Assembly (NCBI GenBank): GCA_964304625.1
Contig: OZ199839.1
Location: forward strand, 7,413,979-7,477,978
Origin: Kudoa neothunni
Taxonomy: Eukaryota > Animalia > Cnidaria
Reading direction: 5' to 3'
DNA: 64,000 bases
A model generated the notes under the pieces. It had not been told where the DNA came from. It saw only the letters and a program-made list of their open reading frames with translations, and did not search any database. The position numbers were made by a program, and so were the translations under genes. The stretch's first letter is position 1, and each line of letters starts with the position of its first letter. This document shows positions 51,569 to 64,000 of the stretch, in pieces.

Positions 51569-54500
51569 TCATTTTGTCCAGTTGTATTTCGCGTCAAATA
51601 GAAAGCCATGTTTTAGTGCTAGGTCATCAGCTTCTACAGGCCCTCGACTAATAAACAATCATTATCATTCAACAACTGTTTCTCATTTAAAAAACAAATA
51701 CGAGCCATATTCATATGGATACACTGGTAACATTTCATTATCGGTCAAATCTAACAGTGGAGTAAAGATTTTCCACGACTCTTCTAATTCATCACTAAAT
51801 TAAACCATATGAATAAATAGTATATTGTCAAAATCATACAAACCTTCTAACAAAATTTATATGCGATCCATTGATCACGTCAAGTATCAATTTTTCGTAG
51901 GCATCGTAAAATTTGGCGTCAGTAAATCGGTTGGACATGGTCAAATCGAGCTCAGTAGTAGTTATGTGGAAACCAAGGCCAGGAATTTTACATTGGAATT
52001 TGAGATAAATGGCCTAATTAATATAGAATATTAGATATGGGTTGTTATTGGCGCCATCGACGTTTATAAATAGTACACAAACTCGTAATGCGTGTTTGTA
52101 ACTGACACAGTGAAACAAAATATTAAATTGGGTGCGACTTTAACTATAATTTTCTGATAAAATTTTTCAAAGTTAATCATTTTCTAACAAAATATTAATC
52201 CGAATTAATTTTCGAGCAAATTTGAGGATTATTAAACCAATTTGAACGGTACCACACTCATGAAAATTCTATTATTAATGACCCGAAAAATATATCTACT
52301 TAAAGAAATATTCTGTTAATTACGTATCCATGAAAGAGCGTGTTGAGTTAAACTTTTAACAATGTTGGTAGCAACAGTCGAGTCCGACACAGACTTCCGA
52401 AGATTGATCCCAATCAATTTTTTTAAGACTAACGTTTCCCCTAAATTAAAGCATAAAAGTCACTTTAATTATAAGACATCGATATTAGGATTGTCAATCT
52501 TGATACGATTAAATTTAGTTCTTCCCAACTGGGTCGCAATACCTCGAAAATAAGGCCCAGGCTTGTATTAATTTTACACGAGAAATGGATACTAAATTTT
52601 ATTTTTCTGGTATAAATCAAAAGAATTATGCTCTTATGTGATTATTTAAAAATGTAATTTAGATTAAGAATTTTTGAGCAAAAAATTATTATCTTCATAG
52701 AAAACGTTATCGTTGTCTCTGAAATTATTTCAAAACTTAATATACTCATATGGCACAGCAGAAAAGTAATGAGAGTATATTGAGTACATATAGGATAAAA
52801 CAAACTATTAAAATTATTGATATTATTTATTGTAAAAATAAAATATTTTCTTTTTTTAAAATAACAATAATTTTAAATTTTACACTTAATGAGAATATAA
52901 TTATTCATTATTGGTGTAATTCAAACTTATTAATCAAGGTCCTGCCGAATAATCATTATCAAGATGCTCTGAAACAATGCCATGTTTTATTTAAAAAAAT
53001 AACTAAAAATATCACTAGGTGTTATTTTCGAGGGAACACGGTATCGTATCTCAATGTATGGGAAATGTTCGAAATTAATCTGACGCCTATTCGTTTGGTT
53101 AACTCCACTACGAACATTAGTTTGAAGATATTTTCCCGCCAGCCAATCAAGAAAAACGAACATAAATGAATGGTGTCTTTTTTTCATTCAGGACACTGAT
53201 TTTTATCAGATTAGGCTTATAAGTATCAAATAAAGTTTTTATTTTATCTAGCTATTTCTAGTTTTTTATAAGTCTTCCCCTTTCAGTGTGTCTGTGCTGC
53301 CTGATTTGAAGAGTATTTGTTTATTTAGGTCAATATTTCCCAACTTTTTTAGTTCACGGACTCCCTTCCAACTAGCTAAGCCAAAAAATACAAAACCCTA
53401 ATTATATTAACCTCGTATATTTATATTGAAGATATTACTATGCCAGAATTGTGTTATTAAAGTCAGATTACATTATAGACAAGAATTTACGAAAGACTAA
53501 TTTATATGGGTCAAATTTTTGAAGAGTCAAAGCCCTACAAGGAAGCCAACAGTGAGACACTTTTTGGAGGTATCGATCAAAAAATTATTTATAAATGTTT
53601 AAAAAATTACATTCATTAAATTATTGTGTTTTATAAATAGATTGTTGAAAAGTAGATTATACGCAATAATTTTATCCGAAATTCATCGGAGTGCAGTCGA
53701 TTATTAGTACATTAGAGGGTTAATTAATTAATTAATTAATTTAAAAATATTTTATTTATATTCTTAATGGTCAAGTAAATGTTTTTAAATAGGTTGAGGA
53801 AAAAATAACTTATCATAATCTTATGTGTACTTTAATTTTGTAACATTTTCTCAAATTACGAACCACAAGTCACTCCCACTGTACACAAATACAAATAGGT
53901 GTAGTTTTGATTGTATTTAATTATTTTCGGCCCGTAGCTTCGTCCTTAACCCTCGAATACCTAGAGATGACTAACCAGCGTTTATTATATCAATAACGTT
54001 TACAAGATATTTTATAGTATAATGATGTTTTAAAAATACTTAACTAATGGAGTTTTGAGTTTAATTTTTTCGTCTATAATCAAAAAAAGGAAAAAATTGC
54101 TTGAACATCATACTTGAACATACCCGCCGTGGCCATTATATAAATAATAACGTTTAGATAGTTGAAATATACAAAAAACTTTTCTGTAATAAAGCAAAAT
54201 TATAAATGCACTTTGAAGCAAGTGATATTTTTGTTTCTATAACAACTTGATTCTATTAACTAATTTAATCTGGCATATGGATCCCGCACATTATAATAAT
54301 TTTGTTAAATTACACAGGGTAAAAAGTAATAAATTAAATATAGTTGTTTAAAATTTAATTTACACCATCTTGTCACGACTCAAAAATTCGAAATAAAAAA
54401 ATATTAGATTATTTATATTTGTTATTCACAAATTAATTTATAATGTCAAATTTCAATGTATAAAGTACGAATTTATATATATATATATACATACATACAT

Positions 54501-56327
54501 ACATACATATTTAACATATTTCTATCAACAGGGGAGAAGATTTTAAAATAAAAATAATAATAAGACGAAAATGTGAAAAATGAAGCAATAATTAAATAGT
54601 ATATTTCTAATTGTTCACGCAATTCCAAGTATACATAGGTATAATATTCCCATTTTGTGCACAGGCGCAAACGTCACAAAAATGCATCGTTAATTTATTA
54701 TATTTTAAAATGTAAATAACTACAATATTAACTTTAGGTTCAATGATTTTTATTATTTTAACACATTTTTGTGTGTGGCCCACCTCCAGGCCAGGTATTC
54801 GTGTAATTTTTTCCTCGGGTGTTCGAGGACTAAGATAAAAGATAATTAAATATAACCAATTCTAAAAAATTAAATCTGTATACAGCTTCAGAGCAATAGT
54901 TGTTGGGATTGAGGATGAACAGTGAGCAAGCGTATTTGCCAGTTTAAATTAAAAACTTCCACGTCAATAACCGGAGCCTTAATCTTATTTACAGACTCTA
55001 ATATTTTAATCCTATTGTTTTTTAAAATATTCTAAAATACAATAAATATTTGATTAATTGTATTTTATTTATTTTAATAGTAATTGAAAATACGGAAAAT
55101 ATTTAATAATCTCACATTAGAAATAAAATAAATTTACATCGCGCAAGCGTGAAATCTTAAGCAAAAGGATCCTATCTTAGGAAGGTAGTGGAACCAGATT
55201 TTACATATTATAGATTTTTGCAACGCATCGATTAAGTATAAGCAACCAATAAATAATCCAAAGAAACAACCCACCTCGTTTGGCTGTAATCGCACAACCA
55301 ATTCGTTTCTAGGAATCCGAAGACCATTTCCCGCTAAATTTTCAAATAGATTCACATTGGAGTCTTTGAATTGAATTCGAATCTCTCCTTTGCGAGCATC
55401 CAACGCTTTCCCAGATTTCATTATAAATGGCACACCTATACAGCCAATTCAAACATATTTATTGTCGTGGACCCAAACAACGACAACAACACAAACAACA
55501 TTTTGTATGCATTAAATCATACCTGCCCAACGCTCATTGTCAATATACAATACCATTGATGCAAAAGTGGGTGTTTTACTATCGTTGGGAACTGTTGGAT
55601 CATCACGATAACCCAATCGGGAGTTACTTCCTTCAGGTGCTGAGGGACAGTCCTGGTATTGCCCCAATATCACATTTTTGGTGTCGATCGGCTTAACGCA
55701 CCTCAAGACCTTAACCTAATTTCCCACCACACATTACAACACTCCAAATACCAATTTTAATGATGACTTACTTTTTCATCGATAACATCGCTAGAATGCA
55801 GCGATTTAGGGAGTTCCATAGCAATCAAAGTCAATAGCTGTATTATGTGATTTTGGAAGAAATCTCTACAATACAAACATATGTACACACGTAATCAATC
55901 AATCAATCAATCAATCAACCAATCAACCAATCAACCAACCACCAACTTACCGTATAACCCCATTTTTGTCATAGTAACCACCTCGGCCCATCGTACCAAA
56001 ATCTTCTTTGAAAGTTATAAGCACACATTTGATATGATCCTTATTCCATAGTGGCTCAAATATATGATTGCCAAACCTGGTACATTTTAAAAGTTTGCGA
56101 CAACCACACCAAATTTGAACCTTAAAACAAGCAGATTTTGAACCATCTCTTTCCCCAGATAGTGATCTATTCGATAGATCACATCCTCGGGAAACAATGT
56201 CTTCAAGTGACGACTTAAAATGTTTGAAGTTTCCAGATTTGTACCAAATGGTTTCTCGATGATTATACGACTCCAACCACTACAAAATATTGAAGTGAAG
56301 AATTATTTCATTAGATCAACAATATAA

Positions 56328-56363
<36 letters not shown>

Positions 56364-56924
56364 AATACGGTTTTTTATTTGAAGTGTATAGATGGGTTTG
56401 AATAGTGGAAGTGATGGTTTCATACACCGTAGGAGGTAAGGTTAGGTAGTACACTCGATTCGCTCCTATCTTTTCGTCGGTTTCAAGTTGTTGCAATAAC
56501 TTATCCAAATGTTCCATCCCAGCTCCACCATTATAATCACCCCTCACATAGTGAATAATGTCCAAAAATTGGCCGTATTTATGTTCGTTTCCACTCACAT
56601 TCTAGGTTAATTTGTTATTACACTGTGAAATGCTGATTTTTCTTGGCAAAAACAAAACCACTTTGATATAGGGTTGAAATTTATCGATTAGGTCAGTTTT
56701 GGTGAGCTTAGATCTTGAGTAACCGATAATGTTGATTTTCTGCGATAGGTTTTCATTCAAATACAACTCCCACAACGAAGGGAATGTCTTTTTTGAGGCT
56801 AAATCACCCTAATTTTTCACACTCTTTAAACAAACCCATAATGTCATTTATTTACTGATGCACCGAACACTATAAACGTTATCATTGGACTATCTTTTCT
56901 GAAAGTATGCTTCGGGTCGGTCAT
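51569..56924 (-). CDS. G6PD: Glucose-6-phosphate 1-dehydrogenase (multi-exon)
   Basis: [40 protein letters not shown]; then after intron 52014-55274, [44 protein letters not shown]. The 3' exons are not in the ORF track. Confidence 0.95.
55893..55945. repeat. (AATC/AACC)n microsatellite in a G6PD intron
   Basis: aatcaatcaatc...aaccaatcaacc run. Confidence 0.85.
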
Positions 56925-58131
56925 GTGATCTGTTTCGAACAATTGCAGTGGTAGTTGCTTGGGTTGGGTTGTATTGTTTAGTTCGACTTAATTGCTCTTT
57001 ATGTGGATAGAAAATACATTTTTATGATATAAAATGATCTAAATATATTTAACAATTTCAATAACTATTCCACACAAATACCAATACTGCTAGTTTGATC
57101 TTTTTTAATTGATTGTTGAGTAATGAAATGACATTTTTGTTCCAATGTAATCATCACCTACTTATTACCACTGTATCATTAGTGATGTAAGATGGATATA
57201 TGGATATATGCAAGGTGGAAATCATTGAGCCCAACTTTAAAAAGAGTTATAATAAATTTGATTTTTGATCTAATTGATACAAAAAAATTATTATAAATTA
57301 ATTGATTTAGTTTAAATTTGATTCAATCAGCATCAACATAAACTTGTAATGGTCTGAAAATTGATTAATTCCTAATAGGGCGAAATTATAAATATAAACC
57401 GATTCAATTCATTTTATTCTATATTAAAGTAATAAAATGATTATTTCAAATTATCAGGGGAAATTTGAAGTAATCATTTTAAATACATAGAAAATTGTTA
57501 TATGAATCGTGTTGTAATCCCGAAAATTAATAACGTGATAATTCGTCGTACTTGTTTTAGGATAGCTGTGAATTTTCTGTTGATAAAACATTCTGGAGAT
57601 TGTTTCAAACAGATTCCTTTGTTTATTTAAATTTTTAAATTGATCGTTGTTTTCAGAAATTAAGATTAATTTTAGTGTGCGCTATGTTGGAAAATTCAAT
57701 GAAGCATTTTTTTAACAGTATATACCATTTTTTAGAATTAATAAGGTTAAATTTATTCTTTAAATGGTAGAATGTTTCCTCTGAATTATAATGTAGGCAA
57801 AGAAAACTGCAGTTTAGCAAACACACGATACACGCCTGCGCAAAATATGAGCGCGAAGTTTATTAATATTCATACATACGTGATATAATTGGAGAATCCG
57901 ATGTGATAAAAGGGTGGGTAATTATTAATGTATACTATTATGGGAGGCGTGTTTTTTTCTAGTGCCGATATTCGCATGTCGATATAATAATATTCTTATA
58001 ATTTAAAAAAATAAGATCGGATTCATTATGCTTATATATGATGAAATTTTATAAATTATTGGCGCGGAAAACCGGCCATGCTGGGGAATGAGCCAATTTA
58101 AATTAAAAAAAATATATAGTAACCCTTAACC

Positions 58132-59613
58132 TAGAGTTTCTCTGAACGGGGGTGTCCTCATTCCTAGGGGATGTCCGCACTCCTAGGGGTGCGTGAGTCA
58201 TTCTAGAATAAATTTAAAAATTAATCTTAATATACTCATTTCTTAATTTTCAATAGACCACGTTTAAATCATTTAAGGATGTAATGTGAGTAATAATATT
58301 GTTATCAATTAGTTTCTATCCATAAAATGAGATATGAACATCTATTTAATTTATAGTTTATTTTACTTAATTCTACGAAATGGAGCAGTCACGCAGTAGG
58401 TTATATTAAGCTTATTCAACCTACAAAATGTATTACTCGTCATTGTCATGTAAAATCGTAACTTTGTTATCATTAATAGTAACATATTTATGTGCTTAGA
58501 GTGTAATTAGGTTGCCAGGATTTTTATCTACTTAGAAACAACCTATATGCTTAAAAATAAAATTACGATGTGGTTTTAACTGGATCTTCCGTCTAAATTT
58601 GGAATCCATCATTTAATTGTATATTCTTTATTATGTTAAATTTTAATTTTTATGCCTAATTTGTACCTGACCTCTGATATCAATTTCAGTTAAATTATCT
58701 ATTAAAATTTTGGTGCAACAAAAATCAGATCATTCATTTATACACTCAAACAAATGAATGCCAATTTCAACAGAATAATTAGTTCTTTTTATTCAGGTAT
58801 ATTATGAAAGCATCTTTTGAATTGTCTGAATTTTTCTTAACCCGTTTCCTCAATGTTTTAATTAAAATCTGACTCAATATAGAAAAAGAAATCCGTTGGG
58901 TTTTTCCGCACAAGAGGGTATTTGGGTATATGAAGTTGGCTTCTCGACTTAATTGTACACAAATAAATGGTATCGGAATCCCCAAACGATTTGCAAGTAT
59001 CATTTATCAACAACCTGCCACGCTTTGAATTACTTAACAAAAACCGGCAACAATGAGGAAGTCACCAGATCAATTAAATACGAAAAAACATTTTTGTTAA
59101 TGGTGATTTTTTGTAATGAATTCGCTTATTTAAATTACCTCTTTAAATACAAAACTTAATCAAGCGAATAATTTTTATTAGTACAATCAAGTATTACTTT
59201 ATATCAATTTCTTGTATCTAATATTTGAAATAATTATAATAACATTTTTTAATTAGAATTTTTTATTATCTTACATAAAATGGTATATTCAAGCAGGAAT
59301 AAATAATAACTTCAATCGTTGAGTGTTAAGCCATGGGGTAGAAAAGGATATTTTTTCTTTTTAAATTTTGCATAGAAAATTAAGTTAACCAAAAGTTTTG
59401 TTTTGATTCTTTTTAGAAATAATAGAGGGAATTAAAATATCATTTAAAATAATAAAAAGTATCATTTAAAAACGTTTTTTACTGGTGTTATTATTTTCAT
59501 ATTTAAATAGTGAGTAAACTTATGCTTTGACTTACATTAAACATGGAAGGGGTGCGATGTGAGTGGGGAAATTAGTACGGGGTTACGAGTGTAAAATTTG
59601 TAGGGAAACACTG
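58132..59613. mobile_element. hAT-type MITE related to 13670-13839
   Basis: Ends TAGAGTTTCTCT / AGGGAAACACTG; shares TAGGGG.GCG and GGGGTGCGA subterminal motifs with the 13.7-kb MITE. No TSD found. Confidence 0.4.
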
Positions 59614-62057
59614 ATATAGATTAATCGAACCACTTTGGCGGTTTAACTTTAAAAATGCGACTACACTTGAACACGCAGAAAAAGGAGAGTTTGTCATTAA
59701 AACCTTCCAAATTGGGGTGAAGGATTGCTGGACAAAGGATTTATCGGTTGAAGCATATTTTCCTTTTCGATCGCCATGTTCTCTCTATTTTTTATTACAA
59801 TTTTTGGTTTTAATTGAATTGCTGTTTATCGTTATAATTAAAAATAAACAAATTTTTGATTAGAATAAAATTTATTTAATTCCTTTATGGACATTTAATT
59901 TATCGTCTAAATAATAATAATAATAATCATCACATAAATATTTATCTAAATCGGTCTAAAACGCGTTCTCAATTTCCGATGAGCATTCATATGAAGAACT
60001 GGGATCATGCATTACAGTACGTTTTCACAATTGTGCGATTATTTTTAATCGCAACTCGACATTGAAGTAATAAATATTAATAAAATTTGATTTAATGATG
60101 GCGTCAAGATAAAAAATAGTTTTTACAACATTTTTCAGGAATATAGATAAACTAATTTTAGAAGTGTATGTGAAATTTCAAGAGAAAAAAATCCCACGAT
60201 AAAATAGAATTTTGCGCATTCTACCTCCAAGATGGAATCGTGGAGTTCGAGATAATCGGTTAAGGGTTATTCCTTTTTAAAATCCATCGTTAAATAGAAT
60301 AAACTCACGATTTGTTTATTATATCACACTTCCAATGGTAATGTTAGGTATAATAAAAATTTTTGTTGTTTCGAAATGCTCACCTTCATCTCAGAATGAG
60401 CGTATTTAAATTATAAATACTCAAAAGAATAATAATCTTTATCTTTTAATTGACCCATAAATTAGAACATTAATAACAAATTTTAATCACAATATCGTTC
60501 TCTTGGACTAATATATTAACCAAAATATAAACAAACAATAATAATATTGGGGACTTCTTTCATTTCTTCTTTGAATGGACTTTGTTTGTATTTAGAAATT
60601 AAAAATTTTTTTAACATTGTGGCACTTAATCCATATGATAACTTTCATTTAAATTCATATAAAAAATAAAAAAAACTTTTTAGCATTAATTAAACCTGCA
60701 ACGAAATAATTTTTCCATGTGAATTAAGTTTGCTATTCATTAAACTTCAGTTTATATACTTAAAATCAAAATCAATACCCATAAAAATATATAAACTAAA
60801 ACATTACACACAAAATCGTTTGACATGTTTATTTTATTCATTTTGTTTTTAATTTCGCAATTAAAACGTTAAAACAAAAAGCACACTCCGCGCACGCGTT
60901 ACAAAACCGGCAATGATATTTTGCACTAAAATATCAGATAAACGGTTAATTAATTAATTATTAAATTAACTATAAAATTAATTATAAAATGATTATATTG
61001 GATATTGTGAATTAGATATGAGCGGATTTCATCTTAAAATCCTGCGATTTAATTTTTAATTTGAACTTGTGAATATAAGAAAGTTATACCTAAGATTTAA
61101 ATTATTCATTATATGGACGATGGACAAAGTATATCACCAATAAAACATTAGTACAAATGTTCGCGGGTTTTTCGAAAACATAAACTTTATTATCCAAGTA
61201 GAAGTTTTAGATTTACAAATTTTATCTATAATCCAGATTCAACATTATAATTATAGATATTTTCTTAAAAGTATAATAATTAAACGTTATATAATAATAA
61301 TAATAATACATTTGAGTAAAATGTATGAAAAAATGAGGAACTAATCATAGAACTATTTATAATGAAGGATTGTTTAAGGTAGATTAAAACTAGCAGACCT
61401 GTGTTTATGTGTTGTCACATAAAATTACTATGAATAGCTTAAAATTTACTATATGGATTTACACAACATTATTTGATCAGTATAACGCCTTATTTCGATT
61501 TCATTGTTACAAAAAAGAGAAAATGTCCATACATTTAACTCATTATTAGTTCTATTTCTGTTATCTCATTTATATTTCGCTTCTTATAGATAAATACTGC
61601 TTTTTATCGTGTTCATGTATTTTTTTAAAATAGGAGGATATTCACGACAAAAATAAAAATAATTTATAATACCTTCACGGCATATTGATTTTAAATACCA
61701 AAATTTTCCACGGAAATTACATTTTTTGGTTAAACTATAACCGTACTTGCATTTGCGCAAGTCCATTCCAATATTTTGATAAAATTAATAAAGGTGGAGA
61801 CGAAATTAAGCTCAACCAACGTCCAGAAATGTATGCTGAATGAATTCTCCCCGCATTATTCATATTCAAAGTTGACACTCTTGGATATTTTCTAAACAAG
61901 GCGCTCGTTTGATTTTTTAACCTGCTACCTTGTTTAGACTTCCCAAAAAATCATAAAATAAACTTTCAATGTTAGGCCGGCGCATTTAAAAAAACAATAT
62001 GTAACACAAAAACAAATAATCTATCTTTATATACGGTTTCAATTTTCAATGACTGCA

Positions 62058-62393
62058 TTAACGTCGTCTGGGAGATATAAAAATCACACCGTCACCTCGA
62101 ACAAATAAAAGCGGGGATTTGGAAATCATCGGCTAAATTCAGCGAATTATAAAATTAAAACACCAAATCAAACTCACAGTTATCGAAGCTTCATTGATAT
62201 CAACATTGAAAGCACATTTATTGTTAACCTCCTCCACATCACCTAACACCATATTCAAGTGTTGATCAAAGCCATGTAACCTTCCCGTGAGAGTTCGATC
62301 ATTTCTCATCTTAACGAAAACAATGTCATTCAAATTGTATTTGAGCAGATCGAAGGGTTCGGTTATGGGGTTGACTAGGTTTCTTGTGGCCAT
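62058..62393 (-). CDS. LSM3: U6 snRNA-associated Sm-like protein LSm3, 2 exons
   Basis: [44 protein letters not shown]; after a short intron, [18 protein letters not shown]. Confidence 0.93.
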
Positions 62394-63189
62394 GGTTCAG
62401 GTTGCGCGCGCATGTCGCAGCATACTATCCATTTTTAAGAATTTTCAATTGTTGGAGTTACATTAATACGCATGAAAATTTATTTTAATTCCTTATATAA
62501 AAGAATTAACTTGCGTGGGGGTTCGGTATACTTTAATAATTAATTAAATAATAATTTCCATAGGATAACAACCTCAAAAATAACCGCATATTATTATCGC
62601 AAACAGTTGTTTATAGATTTTGTATAATCTAGAGAGAGAGAGAGAGAGATAGACTAACTTATACCCAAAACATAATTACCCAATATCCATAATTTTGTGC
62701 GTGCGCCAATTTTTAAATAAGTTTTTATAATTATTCAAAAAATATAAATAATAAATGCTTTCCATTTTTTTAAATTCACTACTAATTTTTGCTAGAATTG
62801 AAGTTGGATTTTATATTTTAAAATATTCCGAAATATTACCAACGAATTTATCCATTTCATATATATTGAATCTTACATATGGGTAATTAAAAAAACAGTC
62901 CATTTTCATTTTAAATCATTATATAATTTTATTATATGGTTTTTCATTTAATACAGTATTAGGAGTAGATCTTGATCTTAAATTAAAAAGTTTCAGTTTT
63001 TTCCCTTTCGCTTCACAAAAAACCAAAATTACGCCTAATAAATAAACGAGCATAAAAAATCATTTATTGGATTAATTTTGAAAAGTTAAAATTTTAAAAT
63101 AATATATATATGTAATTAATAACAAGTCCTTTCCCATAAAAATTTAGGATTAATCTCAATATTACGCAAAAACAGTGAATAATTATAAA

Positions 63190-64000
63190 ATTAGAAAAAT
63201 ATTATATAGTAATAGAATTGTTGAATTTGATAATCTCTACGGCAGAAAACGACAAAATTGTGATATATCTGCGAAAGTTAAAACCAACAACGGAGATTGA
63301 TACGGAATAATAAGATTTCAATAATTTGAATTGTTGTGTTTCGTTCAATAATGTATCTATTTTATTGCAGCGAAACAGTCAGAAACAAACATGTATTCAA
63401 TTCGAGAAGAGGCTATTTGTAAATGGGTTTGTTTGACGGTACTCTTAAAACCAATTAAAGGAATTTGAAAGGTGAGAAAAATATTTAGCTTTCAGTTTGA
63501 TTAGAATAAAATTTATTGGTGAAAAAATTGGTATTCTCGTCGATAACAAACATCTGTTAATTTAGTTTCATCATTATCTAAAATATTAATATATTATTGG
63601 GTTAGTAGGTAGATATGTTATTTCTGTTGTAGGTATGCAGTAGAAATAGTTCGGTTGAAATGTATCTTGAGTAATACATTAGATAAATTGAGAACACATA
63701 ATGTTTATGAAAAAATCTATTTATTCACCACGATTGATTTTAAATGATTAAATACTAAATTGACGAACGAATTTCACCAATAAGGTGGAACCATGAAAGG
63801 AACCCCAATAGTCCGAGATTATCATTCGCAAATATCTAACCTAAATGAAAATTCTTGGAGCAAACTATTCCTTGATACTTGTGGTTTCAAGTAGATTTTG
63901 AGTGAAACTTCGTTTAGAATTGATGTGATTTTAGTCACGGCTATACTATGGCAATCCACCTATCAAAAAGTGGCACTATTCCTATTGGGAAAGGTTGAAC
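63190..64000. other. Possible short-exon gene truncated by the window edge (unidentified)
   Basis: Coding-like composition with short open segments bounded by AG/GT sites. No family recognised and strand unresolved. Confidence 0.25.

Noticed and set aside
61960-61985. Telomerase RNA template (CCTAAC on minus strand) upstream of the pseudoknot-like segment
   Set aside because: Only 6 nt, shorter than the roughly 1.5 repeats a template needs.
1544-62393. Alternative genetic code or non-canonical introns to explain fragmented ORFs
   Set aside because: Every junction I traced was resolved with the standard code and GT..AG introns.

Overview
Very AT-rich eukaryotic DNA, most likely animal (metazoan-type CBP/p300; the lineage cannot be fixed from sequence alone). 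Splicing by hand with GT..AG introns of mostly about 35-100 nt gives seven spliced genes: NMD3 (-), REV3/pol zeta (+, head-to-head with NMD3 across 84 bp), CBP/p300 (-), a class C-like 7TM receptor apparently lacking a large ectodomain (-), DOLPP1 (+), G6PD (-, tail-to-tail with DOLPP1) and LSm3 (-). A further gene may run off the right edge. Four genes each carry one 1.5-3.3 kb repeat-filled intron. About 15 kb (27-42 kb) has no recognisable host gene and holds nested DNA transposons (pogo/Tigger, piggyBac, hAT-type, Merlin/IS1016-like, MITEs), several resolvable by TIRs and target-site duplications. A second piggyBac lies at 47.5-49.6 kb and a tRNA-derived SINE-like element near 0.6 kb. I found no clearly new multi-gene system. 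The best leads are the overlapping uORF at the REV3 start, the nested transposons with a Merlin showing two alternative right ends, the ectodomain-less class C-like receptor, and two small structured non-coding segments. All coordinates and alignments were done by eye.
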